NCBI RefSeq assembly: GCF_001194135.2
Contig: NC_068988.1
Location: 46,989,973 to 47,032,405, forward strand
Direction: 5' to 3'
Source: Octopus bimaculoides
Taxonomy: Eukaryota
Length of the DNA: 42,433 nt
Made by a program: the position numbers and the translations under genes
In this document: piece by piece, positions 23,160-36,099 of the stretch
Numbering within the stretch: position 1 is the first letter of the stretch
Layout of the letters: each line of letters begins with the position of its first letter
The notes under the pieces: generated by a model
The model's input: the letters and a program-made list of their open reading frames with translations, nothing else
Told to the model about the DNA's origin: nothing
The model's database searches: none

Positions 23160-23648
23160 AAGTGTTGAGGTGGTTTGGCCACATGGAGAGGATGGATGAG
23201 GAGTGGATGCTAAGGAGTGTGCTGAAGGCAGAAGTGGTAGGCAGCAGAACCAGAGGCAGACCTCGGTTTGTGTGGATGGATGGAGTGAGGAAAGCTTTGG
23301 TGGTTAGAGGTGTTGGAGTGAGAGAGGCAAGAGAGTTTATGAATGATAGGAAAGCTTAAAGACTATTTGTGGACGGATGAGTGAATTTGATGGTGCTCAA
23401 AGGGGTACAGAACCAACATGATGCAGCGAGGGTAAATCAGCAAATGCTGTTGAGCCCCACTGCTGATAGTGGGGGGTTGTGTTCTATGCCTTGACCTGAG
23501 CATAGAAATGAGCTCACCTCTTTGAGCTGGGAAATGAATGGAATGCTTAATGTGCGTTTTGTTGTGGCTACCCCCTCCTAAAAAAATAGGCTTGGGCATC
23601 ATCATCATCATCATCATCACCATCATCACCACCACCACCACCACCACC

Positions 23649-23682
<34 letters not shown>

Positions 23683-23690
23683 TTATCATC
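23160..23690 (+). mobile_element. 5'-truncated RTE-clade LINE (second subfamily) with 3' UTR and (CAT/CAC)n tail
   Basis: ORF 23162-23359 LRWFGHMERMDEEWMLRSVLKAEVVGSRTRGRPRFVWMDGVRK is a typical RTE C-terminus; its UTR differs from the 12060 type. Confidence 0.88.
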
Positions 23691-24135
23691 GCTTATTTCT
23701 GTAAGTTAGCTTTAAATTCTATTTCTTGTGTTAATTTCAATGATATTTTTTAATATTTTAAAGAATTTTATGAAGCAAATTGAAAATATATTGTGATTTT
23801 AATGTTCTGGTGGTTTCATTATATTATCACTTCTACTCTATTGTACTTATAATCATCAATATTTTTATGAGTCTCATACTTTTCTATGAACATCTGAGCG
23901 TGAGTATCACAATGCATCTGGATGTATAATATAGACTGTATATTCTATAATATAAAGCTTAAATTTTATTTTTAAATGTCTGATAATTTTAGCTGAATAT
24001 TTGTAAATTTTGTAAGTGCTCTAAGCTTGACTTGTTTTCTATTATTCTGTGGTCTTTACCAAATGCTTTGCACAAAAGATATAGGTTTTAGTATGACTAT
24101 GCAGTAATTATTTTTCTAATTAACCATATACTTAC

Positions 24136-24218
<83 letters not shown>

Positions 24219-24801
24219 TCTCTCTCTTTCTATATATATATATATGCGAGTGTGTGTATGAGCATGTGTGTTTGTGTATATATGCATCGTTGGTGTAACA
24301 TTTTGTTGTTCTTTTGCTACATATCAATATTGAATGAATAAAGTTATAAACAAAAATATGCAAACTACAGTCACCCACTTTCTTTATGGTATCTACAACA
24401 ATATTATCTAATATTTCCTTCACTTATTTAAAACAAAAGCCTTTAATTCACAGGCGATTTGAATACTATTTTTTAGTAGGTTCTACGAATACATTAGCAG
24501 CCTCACTCATTGCTACACAATATATTGTGTGTTTAACTCTACTATGTAATTAACATATTTTAATGTTCAATATATACTAGAATGGCATGACAATACCTAG
24601 ACTCTGTCATCAAGAATTCTGTAACTTTTGGGTATGATGTATTTTAGTAATCTTTGTCAATACATTACAAGAAAAATATGAATAATCAATATATATATAT
24701 ATACATTAAAAAATATATATAAGCACAGAAACAGACACACCCCCACGCACATAAATGCATATGTATATATCTATATATATATGTATGTATGTATATATAT
24801 A

Positions 24802-24852
<51 letters not shown>

Positions 24853-26142
24853 NNNNNNNNNNNNNNNNNNNNNNNNNNNNNNNNNNNNNNNNNNNNNNNN
24901 NNNNNNNNNNNNNNNNNNNNNNNNNNNNNNNNNNNNNNNNNNNNNNNNNNNNNNNNNNNNNNNNNNNNNNNNNNNNNNNNNNNNNNNNNNNNNNNNNNNN
25001 NNNNNNNNNNNNNNNNNNNNNNNNNNNNNNNNNNNNNNNNNNNNNNNNNNNNNNNNNNNNNNNNNNNNNNNNNNNNNNNNNNNNNNNNNNNNNNNNNNNN
25101 NNNNNNNNNNNNNNNNNNNNNNNNNNNNNNNNNNNNNNNNNNNNNNNNNNNNNNNNNNNNNNNNNNNNNNNNNNNNNNNNNNNNNNNNNNNNNNNNNNNN
25201 NNNNNNNNNNNNNNNNNNNNNNNNNNNNNNNNNNNNNNNNNNNNNNNNNATATATATATATATATATAAAACTTGTTTTTTGTAATATCAGTTATTTTAT
25301 GTCATTTTTCTTCTTTTCTGTCTTATCATTTTCTAACTTTCTTTGTTGTTTGATTTTTGCTTGTTGTGTTATTGTTGTTGTGGTCATCATTGTTCTGGCG
25401 GTTGATTGCAAATATATCAGCAAACATTTGTAATGATCAAAGATCAGTTATTGATTTCACATTTTTGGATCGTACGATCAGAACTATTTCTATATCAGCG
25501 TTTACCTATTTTCCGTTGCCTCCAACAATGCCTCATCATTCATTAAACTTCATCTCTCACTACTACCAACATCCCCATTACCACTACAATCACTACCACA
25601 CATACCACTCCACCAACACCACTATTACAAAAACTAACAACAACCAACCACCACTACCACCACCAACATCAGCACCACTACCATCGCNNNNNNNNNNTAT
25701 TTTGTGGTTGAAGTCTAACAACGCTCTATTAAAAGTGAACGGCTTTTCGCCGTCCTTTCTTTCTCTCTGGTTTTGCAGTAAATATTTCTTTATGGTAGAT
25801 AAATGCAATAAAATTTGAATATTCAGAAAATTACTGCTACGTGGTATTTACAATAGAACGAAGATAGAATGACTGCCATAATGTGTCTGGCAGCTGGTAT
25901 AAACTTTAGAAAAGATTTTACCCATAAACATTGGTTGTCTTTAATCTTTATTACCAATTATGGGTTAAATGTAAAGAAAAGAAGAGAGAGAAAAAGCAAG
26001 AGATATAAAAAGGGGGGGTGTAAAGATAACCGAAATGAAAGAATTACCAAAAAAAGTGCGAATATATAGAGAAAGATATAGCCATTCTTATATATCTCTG
26101 AGTGTAAAAGTGTATCTATGCACATAGGTGTGTTTGTGTGTG

Positions 26143-26188
<46 letters not shown>

Positions 26189-27231
26189 NNNNNNNNNNNN
26201 NNNNNNNNNNNNNNNNNNNNNNNNNNNNNNNNNNNNNNNNNNNNNNNNNNNNNNNNNNNNNNNNNNNNNNNNNNNNNNNNNNNNNNNNNNNNNNNNNNNN
26301 NNNNNNNNNNNNNNNNNNNNNNNNNNNNNNNNNNNNNNNNNNNNNNNNNNNNNNNNNNNNNNNNNNNNNNNNNNNNNNNNNNNNNNNNNNNNNNNNNNNN
26401 NNNNNNNNNNNNNNNNNNNNNNNNNNNNNNNNNNNNNNNNNNNNNNNNNNNNNNNNNNNNNNNNNNNNNNNNNNNNNNNNNNNNNNNNNNNNNNNNNNNN
26501 NNNNNNNNNNNNNNNNNNNNNNNNNNNNNNNNNNNNNNNNNNNNNNNNNNNNNNNNNNNNNNNNNNNNNNNNNNNNNNNNNNNNNNNNNNNNNNNNNNNN
26601 NNNNNNNNNNNNNNNNNNNNNNNNNNNNNNNNNNNNNNNNNNNNNNNNNNNNNNNNNNNNNNNNNNNNNNNNNNNNNNNNNNNNNNNNNNNNNNNNNNNN
26701 NNNNNNNNNNNNNNNNNNNNNNNNNNNNNNNNNNNNNNNNNNNNNNNNNNNNNNNNNNNNNNNNNNNNNNNNNNNNNNNNNNNNNNNNNNNNNNNNNNNN
26801 NNNNNNNNNNNNNNNNNNNNNNNNNNNNNNNNNNNNNNNNNNNNNNNNNNNNNNNNNNNNNNNNNNNNNNNNNNNNNNNNNNNNNNNNNNNNNNNNNNNN
26901 NNNNNNNNNNNNNNNNNNNNNNNNNNNNNNNNNNNNNNNNNNNNNNNNNNNNNNNNNNNNNNNNNNNNNNNNNNNNNNNNNNNNNNNNNNNNNNNNNNNN
27001 NNNNNNNNNNNNNNNNNNNNNNNNNNNNNNNNNNNNNNNNNNNNNNNNNNNNNNNNNNNNNNNNNNNNNNNNNNNNNNNNNNNNNNNNNNNNNNCTCTCT
27101 CTCTCTCTCTCTCTCTCCCTCTCTCTCCCTTTCTCTCTGTCTTTTATCCCTTTCTGCCATTTACTCTTATTTTCTCTGTCTCTCACACTCCCCTCTTGTA
27201 TATGTATATGAAATTATATACATATATTTAA

Positions 27232-27268
<37 letters not shown>

Positions 27269-27320
27269 GTTGTTGTTGTTGTTGTTGTTGTTGTTCCTGT
27301 TGTTATCATCATCGTCATTA

Positions 27321-27376
<56 letters not shown>

Positions 27377-27938
27377 TAATTTTTAGCTTCTTATTTTTCT
27401 GAAGTGCAGGTAACTTTTCTAGTTCACATTTCAGAGATTGCATGGAAGTGTTGAGTATGAGTTTTCTTCTGGTTCAGTGTGAAAGGTTCCTATGTTGACG
27501 TTAGTCAAGGCACATTACATTACCCTTTATTTTGCTTGTCTCAGTATACTTCGTTGATAAGCGGATCTCATCTTACTGATAAAGGAGTTTGATCAATGGT
27601 GTAATTGGTAACAACACTGAATCATGAAACAACATGCAGAACTTAGTTGAGACTTGGCCAAGCTTTATACTTATACATCGTTTTTATAAGGTCAAAGCAT
27701 TTACATGTAATGTGTGAGTGTGTGTGAATGTGTATGTGTGTGCATGTATATTTATACCCACACACAAGCACACATGCATGCATGCACACACACACACAGA
27801 TACACACATATGTAGGTATATATATTTATATCTCATGGCTACTCTCATCATTAGTCAATGTATGGGGGGGTTCTACAATTTCTTGCTCAACAATCATGCA
27901 GATAATTTGTTTATAGTGATCAAATGTTTATGTTCACA

Positions 27939-28112
27939 GGTGCAGGAGCAGCTATGTGGTAAGTAGCTTGCTTACCAACCACATGGTTCCAGTTTCATTC
28001 CCACTGCGTGGCACCTTGGGCAAGTGTCTTCTACTATAGCCTCGGGCTGACCAAAGCCTTGTGAGTGGATTTCGTAGATGGAAACTGAAAGAAACCCGTC
28101 GTATATATGTAC

Positions 28113-28162
<50 letters not shown>

Positions 28163-28358
28163 ATCTGTGTTTGTCCCCCCAACGTCGCTTGACAACCAAC
28201 ACTGGTATGTTTACATCCCCATAACTTAGCAGTTCAGCAAAAGAGACCAATAGAATAAGTACTAGGCATCCAAAGAATAAGTCCTGGGATCGATTTGCTT
28301 GACTAAAAGGCGGTGCTCCAGCATGGCCGCAGTCAAATGGCTGAAACAAGTAAAGAGT
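27939..28358 (+). mobile_element. Full-length SINE family A with internal (TA)n(TG)n
   Basis: tRNA-like head, CORE-like gtggcaccttgggcaagtgtcttctactatagcctcgggc, internal microsatellite, tail gaaacaagtaaagag. Confidence 0.92.
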
Positions 28359-28505
28359 ATAAGCTCACTCCCTCCATCAAATCATTATCTGAATAGGTGC
28401 ATGATGTGCCTCATGTCAGATGATGAAATGATCACAAAGCAATGTGGAATGAAGAGTTTTGCTCAAGAATGCAGTACAACGCCTCCCCCTTCTCCACCCC
28501 CACAC

Positions 28506-28572
<67 letters not shown>

Positions 28573-29324
28573 TATGTATGTATGTATGTATATATATATA
28601 TATGTGTATGTGTGTGTGTGTGTATATATATATAGGCCATTAGAAGTCGTGTACAGATTTTATATATGAAGATAAAGGAGGTAGTTGGAATTTTGGACAA
28701 TTATATACTCGATACCCTCATCCCACTTCAGAGACTCGTCAGGAATGACATTCCAAGCTTTAGGTGGTGAATTGGTAGAGCTGCTTTAGAGGGGAGTAAA
28801 AATTACCCGAAGGGGATTCTTCCAGCTCTTTTCTCTGAATTCAAATTTGGTTGAAGTCAGCTTTGCAGTTCATCCTTTTATGGTTGATAAAATAAGGTAT
28901 CAGCTGATGGCAGTGGATTTGATGAATTGTTGGATAATATGTCCTGTCGTATTATTCCAGTTTTTTACAGTATGTGTTCTTAAATGAGAGACCATCCATC
29001 TAAGAGTGTTACAGCAAACTCTGGTCATTGGATACTTTAGCAAAATTCACCCTAGTGTAATGATATAATTTTACTCCTCTGCACCTACCGAATTCGGAGA
29101 CTCTTAAAAAATAGTCACGTGCATTACCCTACTCTCTCTGACTAAAAGATGAAAGTTGATAAAATAACTCAAAGCTGTATTGATTATGGACAACTCAGAG
29201 TCTATAGATCCATTGTTGGTGCCTGCTGAAGCATTGATAAAACAGTTCTGCTAATTTAAATATACACAGAATCATATACATACACATGTGCGTCTATGTG
29301 TATCTGTGTTGGTGGGATTGTACA

Positions 29325-29358
<34 letters not shown>

Positions 29359-29448
29359 GTATTTTATAAGATTAAAGCTTATAGCAATAACCATGCGATG
29401 ACTGAAGAAAAATAGACTTATAATGGGACATATAATAAAGTTCTCTAT

Positions 29449-29519
29449 ATGCACAGGTCTTGAACCAACACCTCTCTGTTTATGTGACCGAGTGTGCTAC
29501 CGATTAAACTATTTTAGCC
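29449..29519 (-). pseudogene. tRNA-like sequence (CAT anticodon-like loop): tRNA pseudogene or orphan SINE head
   Basis: Minus strand GGCTAAAA-TAGTTTAATCGG(A box)-TAGCACA-CTCGG-TCACATAA-ACAGAG-AGGTGTT-GGTTCAAGACC(B box); the acceptor stem does not pair. Confidence 0.4.
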
Positions 29520-30099
29520 ATAATACTTAGGAAACACATACACATACCTAGGAAACACATACAATGGATTTTCATAGTGTGATTGCTTATTTTAAGAATG
29601 ACATTCCAGGACAGGTATAGGAGACCAGATCTGACCAGAAACACATACTAGGAAACACATACAAAGGTATTGTATGTGTTTTGATATTCTAAGGTAAGTA
29701 TCTTTAAGAGGTAAGACAAGATAGTAAGATAATAGACCATTATCGTTACGATAGTAACAAGGGATATTAGGAAATGAGCCATAACACCTTGAGAAACGAT
29801 ACAGGGACCACACCAAAGTTATTGATTGAGTGTGTGTGCTTACGATGGTGTGTCACTAAGCTCTCTGGTGCAAGTCTGGGTGAGTGAATGTCGTGTCAAT
29901 AGCGTCGAGGTACAATTTTCCTCAGCAAGCTTCACCAGTTCTTGCTCCCAATTTTCTTGGATTTAAGACATCGAGACGAAGAAAATGGTATACTGACTTC
30001 AAAAGTGGCTGGTGTGGCACTTATGACACTCTGTTAATAAATGCCTCAAACGTAATAACCAGCTTAGTCTGGTGGTCAGAGACTGGAGAACAAATGAGA

Positions 30100-30314
30100 T
30101 TAACCCTGCAGCATTCATATTATGTAGTGCCTATTTATTCACGTTATTTTAAATTAATCATGCCTTATCTTGAAGCTAATAGATTTTCATGGTGTGATTG
30201 CTTATTTTCAGAATGACATTCCAGGACAGGTATAGGAGACCAGAGCTGACCCATTTAAACATGAAACTTGGAATATGTCGGCTGGATATGGCTAGTTTGA
30301 ATACTAAAAGATAA
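30100..30314. mobile_element. TTAA-ended (piggyBac-like) MITE
   Basis: ttaaccctgcagcattc ... gaatactaaaagataa; homologous to 5396-5608. Confidence 0.7.
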
Positions 30315-30867
30315 AGGTGAATTACGAAAGGCCCAATCATCTGCTTTTAAGTTAGTTCATTGTTATCTTTCCTCATATATCCAGTTAGATATTTTTATAT
30401 ATTTCAAGTTATCTCTACACATGCATCCAATTAAATTGTTCCTTTAGTTTTTGTTTTCTTTACCATTCTTCAGATTTCCTTCGTAGATCAAAAACATGGA
30501 ACTGAGAGTCACGAAATTTGAAAATTCAATGTTAATAAATTGAATATATTTTAACAGACTTTTTGCAATAGCAAGCATTGTCTTTTACTTTCTAATCTAT
30601 ATTGAAGTGTTCATACACACACACAGATGCACATACACACCTACATGTGTGTATACTTATCTATTTACATATATATATATGCATCTGGAGATACAGATGA
30701 ACATCTATGTGAAGCTGTGTCAATCTGTTATGAAATACAACTTCAAATGCTTACATTGAGTGGCACTTTCATTTGTTTACTTACCGTCCTATCTATTTAC
30801 ATGCATGTTTTTAAACATAACCACCTCTATGGATAAAGATATATACATAACCTATATATATACATAC

Positions 30868-30931
<64 letters not shown>

Positions 30932-31117
30932 GATAGGTACACAGACACACACTCAAATACATACATATATATATATATATAAGTTGCAGTTTAAGTTATG
31001 CATGTGACCCTGTGGTAAAGGAGATTGCTATCCACCATACACCTTCAAGTTCAATCTGACTATCTGGTACCTTGAGCCAGCTACAGCCTTATGAATGGAT
31101 GTGGCAAACCAAACAGA

Positions 31118-31218
31118 AGACTTTTTCACTTCCCGAGTGTTAAACTAATACATCTGTTTCTTGTCTACACCACCTGTCTTTGTCTTTTGTCTTTTTTGTG
31201 AATTCTCCCTATATATAT
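31118..31218 (+). mobile_element. Penelope-like terminal fragment, truncated just after the hammerhead-like part
   Basis: Strong match to 19880-19980, ending gtgaattctccctatatata. Confidence 0.6.
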
Positions 31219-31219
31219 T

Positions 31220-31473
31220 TACACAATGTGGTATTCTGGACAAGTTCTGTAGTGCACCAACAGATGGCAGCACATGGTTGTGTGCACAGTGAGAGCTAGC
31301 AGTGACCTTCATGAGACACTGTGCCAATTGACATTGCTGTGTTTACTTTGCAATTTGTGAAATTTATGTTTTTGTTATCATATGCATGCTGTAGTCTGCA
31401 ATTTTGTCATGGACAGGAACAAAGATTCTGCGTGAAATTATGTGTTGAACTTGGGAAGTTTGCTACAGAGATA
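31220..31473 (+). mobile_element. Mariner transposon 5' fragment (5' UTR and transposase start)
   Basis: From the ATG at 31409, with a frameshift: EQRFCVKLCVELGKFATEI, matching the mariner N-terminus EQRxCIKFCxKLGKxATET. Confidence 0.75.
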
Positions 31474-32264
31474 AGGGTTGTTGACGGGAAATATATGGAA
31501 CCATAGAAAAGCTGCCTCGACACATTCTGTCAGACCCATACAAGTATAGAAAAGTGATCATTAGAGACATGATGAGGATAATGTATATGTGTATATCTGT
31601 GTGGGCATGTGTGTATTGATAAATGTGTGTATGTAAGCTGTGTAATTGTGTGTGTGTGTAAGTGTGTGACTGAAGTGTTGTAGAAGCACTGCAGGATATG
31701 TGCATGGTTATAGACATATGTATTTCTTGTTTACCTTGACTTCTGTGACTCATAAGGCTGGTTGCCTATTTCTATGGCATGTACACAACAGAGAAAACAA
31801 TGTTCTTTGTGAATGGAACACCAGTCTTTTGCATGGTTCACATCCTGAAATCTTGAGGTGAGAGGTCAAGCGATTACATGCACACACACACACACACACA
31901 CACAAACCCACACCCACATACATTCTGCCAGATAACGTATATGCTACCACATTGACACCCAAATATTCAACCAAAGTTATGGTTTTTATGATTGATGACA
32001 CTTGCCCAAGGTCTCCTTGCAGTAATCCAGAAAGAATGAAGCCATGTTACTCTGTATCAAACTTCTTAATCTGAAAACCAGGCCTGTTCTATGTAGCCTC
32101 ACTGTTTCAAAGTCATATCTATGGCAGAAGTTGTACACTAGACTCCATCCTATGCAAGCTATCGACACACTCATTGTTTATATTGTTTTCTTTCTCTCTC
32201 CTTTGATAGCTTATATATTTGATCTTCTCATGATACTTGCTCAGAGAGTTGTACCGTACTACAA

Positions 32265-32460
32265 TTGTCTGTTTTGGTATGGTTTCTATGGCCGGATGCC
32301 CTTTCTAATGCCCACCACTCCCCAGTGTGTACTGGGTGTCTTTATGTGTCACTGGTACAAGTGCCTTTCGTACGCCATTGGCACAGGTGCTTTTTATGTG
32401 TCACCAAGATGGGTGCCCTTCATGTGTTATTGACATGGGTGTCACCATCAGCATGTCCCC
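32265..32460 (-). mobile_element. RTE 3' UTR fragment
   Basis: gtttctatggccggatgccctttctaatgcc... matches the UTR at 1863-2200. Confidence 0.7.
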
Positions 32461-32802
32461 ATTTAGCCTGATCAATCATTTTATCTAAGAGGGTAGTGAG
32501 TGTTTTGAAGAATATATGGTTGCTGTTTCTAGTATGTCAAGAAATTCGAATCATTAAAATGTTGGAAAATATCCCTGCAGATTTTAGTTATGGCCCTTGA
32601 TGTTCTGAGTTCAGATCTCACCAATGTCAATGTTTATCCTTCTGGAAGCAATAAAATAAAGTTGCTGACAAATACAAAGATGAGTTAAATGGACTATGAA
32701 AGCATCCACTGCACCAGCTGAGTGATGTGGTGGAAGTGTGTCAGGTTATTAAGCATATCTATGCTCTGCTAAATTGTCATTTACCATTATACCTGCAACC
32801 AT

Positions 32803-32969
32803 GGCTGTGTGGTTAAGAAGTTCATTTTGTAGCCACATGATATCAAGTTCAAACCCATTGCGCAGCAGTTTAAGTGTCATCTAGTTTAGCTCTAGGCCAA
32901 CCAATGCTTTGGGAGTAAATTTAGTTGAAGGAAACTGTGTAGCAGCCTGTTGCATTTGTGTGTGTGCAT

Positions 32970-33011
<42 letters not shown>

Positions 33012-33247
33012 TTGTGTGTGTGTGTATACATGTCTGTGTTTGTTCTCACCTCATTGCTTGACAAACGATATTGGTTTGTTTATGTCCTCATACCTTAACA
33101 GCTGGGGGAAATGACATAGATAGAATGAATACCAGACTAAAAGAAATAAGTCCTAGGATCAAGGGACCAATTTGTTCAACTAAACCATTCGATGCAGCGT
33201 CCTTGCATGGCCACAGTCCAATGCCTGAAACAGTTAAAGAGTAAAAG
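32803..33247 (+). mobile_element. Old full-length SINE family A
   Basis: Degenerate head, internal (TG)n, tail gaaacagttaaagagtaaaag. Confidence 0.8.
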
Positions 33248-34447
33248 TGTCTAAGATAATTATATTCCCATAAAGTTCCCTTGATGGAAATACAGTTAAA
33301 ACAGAAAATAAGATCACATAAGGCAGATGGTAGACCCAAGTATATCACAGGGATGTGAAACCATGACCTATTCAACATACCATACAAATGACACAATATC
33401 CACTTGGCTTGCTACAATTCTGCCGTGTGCCTCATTGGACACATATGAAAAAATTAAAAAGCAAAACCTAACAGAATGTTTGAGAACAAAGATACAAGAC
33501 AGACTTTTTACAATGTGTTTACTTATAATATCATATTCACAACTGATTTGATTTCCATATATTTTATTACACTTCAAATTTCAATTTAGTTTCAGAATTA
33601 TATCTTAAAAACAAACGTTTGAAGTGAATTATTTATATATATGAGATTATTTGCATCTGTGTGCGTGAGTGTTTGGTGTGCATGTGTATGTATGTCTGTG
33701 CTTGTGAATGTGTTTATGTGTGTGGATGTTTATGTGCACGTTTGTATCTCTATGCAAGTGAGTAGAGTATATATCTGTTTCAGTGTATTTACAAGCAGAC
33801 AAAAATACATTCATACATATACACACCTACATACATAGATGCATACATAAATACATATATACATGTATGATGGTTGGTCTTATTCACAGGATAATGTGTT
33901 TATAGATGCACACATATAAATATGTCAGTATGTGGTCATATATATTTATGGGATTGTTCATATATCTATATATATCTATATCTATATATATATACATATA
34001 CAAATATATATATATATATATATATATANNNNNNNNNNNNNNNNNNNNNNNNNNNNNNNNNNNNNNNNNNNNNNNNNNNNNNNNNNNNNNNNNNNNNNNN
34101 NNNNNNNNNNNNNNNNNNNNNNNNNNNNNNNNNNNNNNNNNNNNNNNNNNNNNNNNNNNNNNNNNNNNNNNNNNNNNNNNNNNNNNNNNNNNNNNNNNNN
34201 NNNNNNNNNNNNNNNNNNNNNNNNNNNNNNNNNNNNNNNNNNNNNNNNNNNNNNNNNNNNNNNNNNNNNNNNNNNNNNNNNNNNNNNNNNNNNNNNNNNN
34301 NNNNNNNNNNNNNNNNNNNNNNNNNNNNNNNNNNNNNNNNNNNNNNNNNNNNNNNNTTACACACATGCATGACAGTACTTTGATTATAAAAAAATTGTGT
34401 GTAGGTAAATGTTTGCCTGTACATACATACATACATACATACATACA

Positions 34448-34480
<33 letters not shown>

Positions 34481-35682
34481 GTAAGTATGTAAGTGCACAC
34501 ATATGTATATAGTAATATTTTAAGGTAAATATATGCATGAATACCCACCTGTTTGTACACACACAAAAGAAAACAATATGTATATATTTCATAAAAATAA
34601 ATACATATTAATGTTTATATGAATATTTAGCTATGCACTCGTATATACATGTACATCTATCTATCTATCTATCTGTCTCTATATGTATATGTATACTTAT
34701 ATATATGTATGTGTGTGTGTGTGNNNNNNNNNNNNNNNNNNNNNNNNNNNNNNNNNNNNNNNNNNNNNNNNNNNNNNNNNNNNNNNNNNNNNNNNNNNNN
34801 NNNNNNNNNNNNNNNNNNNNNNNNNNNNNNNNNNNNNNNNNNNNNNNNNNNNNNNNNNNNNNNNNNNNNNNNNNNNNNNNNNNNNNNNNNNNNNNNNNNN
34901 NNNNNNATATATATATAAACATTTATATATATGTATATGCCGATATGTATATATTTATACACACGCACATACTCATATTATGCATTGTTTACTTTCTGTA
35001 GCTATATACAGATGTCTATGTATGTAGATCTGTAGATTGGTGTAGATGTTCATGTTAAAGTATGAAAGTTTATTACAAACACTACCTACTATTTACTTTC
35101 GAGTCTGGTATTATCATCACTTATCTAAGCAATTCAACAAGCACTATAACATAATGGCATCAGTGGGACACAGCAAAACAGATGTGTTTGCATACGTAAG
35201 TACTTATATTGTTTGTGTGTGTGTGTGTGTGTGTGTGCGTGTGGTGGGCTACTATTCCACATGAACTGGTCTTCTGTCAGTTTAAAAGTGATTCTGGTTG
35301 ATCAATATCTATGTTTGTATTTATTTGTTTATATTAAATTATTATTATTATTATTATTATTGTTGTTGTTATTTTCGTTGTTGCTGTTGTTTGTTTTGTT
35401 AACAAAGTCATTCGAGTGACAAAAATGGTAAAACATTGAACTGAAACAACTTAACAAATATTCAGTTTTGTAGCTTGCTCTTCAGGCTGGTTTCATTTCC
35501 AGCCAGGTTCGACATTTGCCCTCCATGTTCCCTTGTAACGATGGATATAATAAGACCCATTTTTGTACTGAGGATAATTTCAAATGATTTAATATGAAAG
35601 GATAAAGTTCCTCTGGGTTTATACCAGGTTTGCAAGATTCTTTATGTGAATTCGTGTGTTGAGACAAATTTTGTTGTGTTTA

Positions 35683-35963
35683 GGGAGAATCTTTATGCTA
35701 ATATTATTAACACATGCACTTATTCAATTCCACTCCTTTCATTGCTTCTCGCAACCTTTTCAATGACTAAGTCATAAGTCATTAAAAAGGTTGCTAGTAG
35801 CAACGAAAGAGCTTTGACAAACAAAAACAAAACAGACAGCTTACTGTTTAACTAAATTATACAAACAATCAATAAGTTAGATATTTAACCAATAGACAAA
35901 TAATAAAGGAGTTGAATTGAACCAGTGTCTGTGTGTTAATAATATTGGTATAATGACTTTCCC
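35683..35963. mobile_element. About 280-bp MITE-like element with about 57-bp imperfect TIRs and an internal hairpin
   Basis: 35683-35739 (gggagaatctttatgctaatattattaacac...actccttt) is an imperfect inverted repeat of 35905-35963; internal 33-bp-arm hairpin at 35736-35809. Confidence 0.7.
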
Positions 35964-36099
35964 TGGACATGATAAAGCTCCTTTCCATGTTATGTAGATT
36001 GATAGGGCTAGTTTCCCAGTTTTTGTGTCATATATATTTTCCCTCTTGGATGAAACATGGGTCCATCGCTGAAATATTCAGAATACTCATATTTGCCAG

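Noticed and set aside
30440-30540. Very strong + strand polypyrimidine acceptor (AG at 30472-73); similar sites near 9052, 16038 and 27434
   Set aside because: Downstream frames close quickly and there is no convincing donor; such sites arise often in T-rich DNA. Non-coding exons cannot be excluded without RNA data.
35470-35670. Protein-looking short frames in unique sequence (also 37050-37250)
   Set aside because: No recognisable family and no consistent splice-site pair on either strand.
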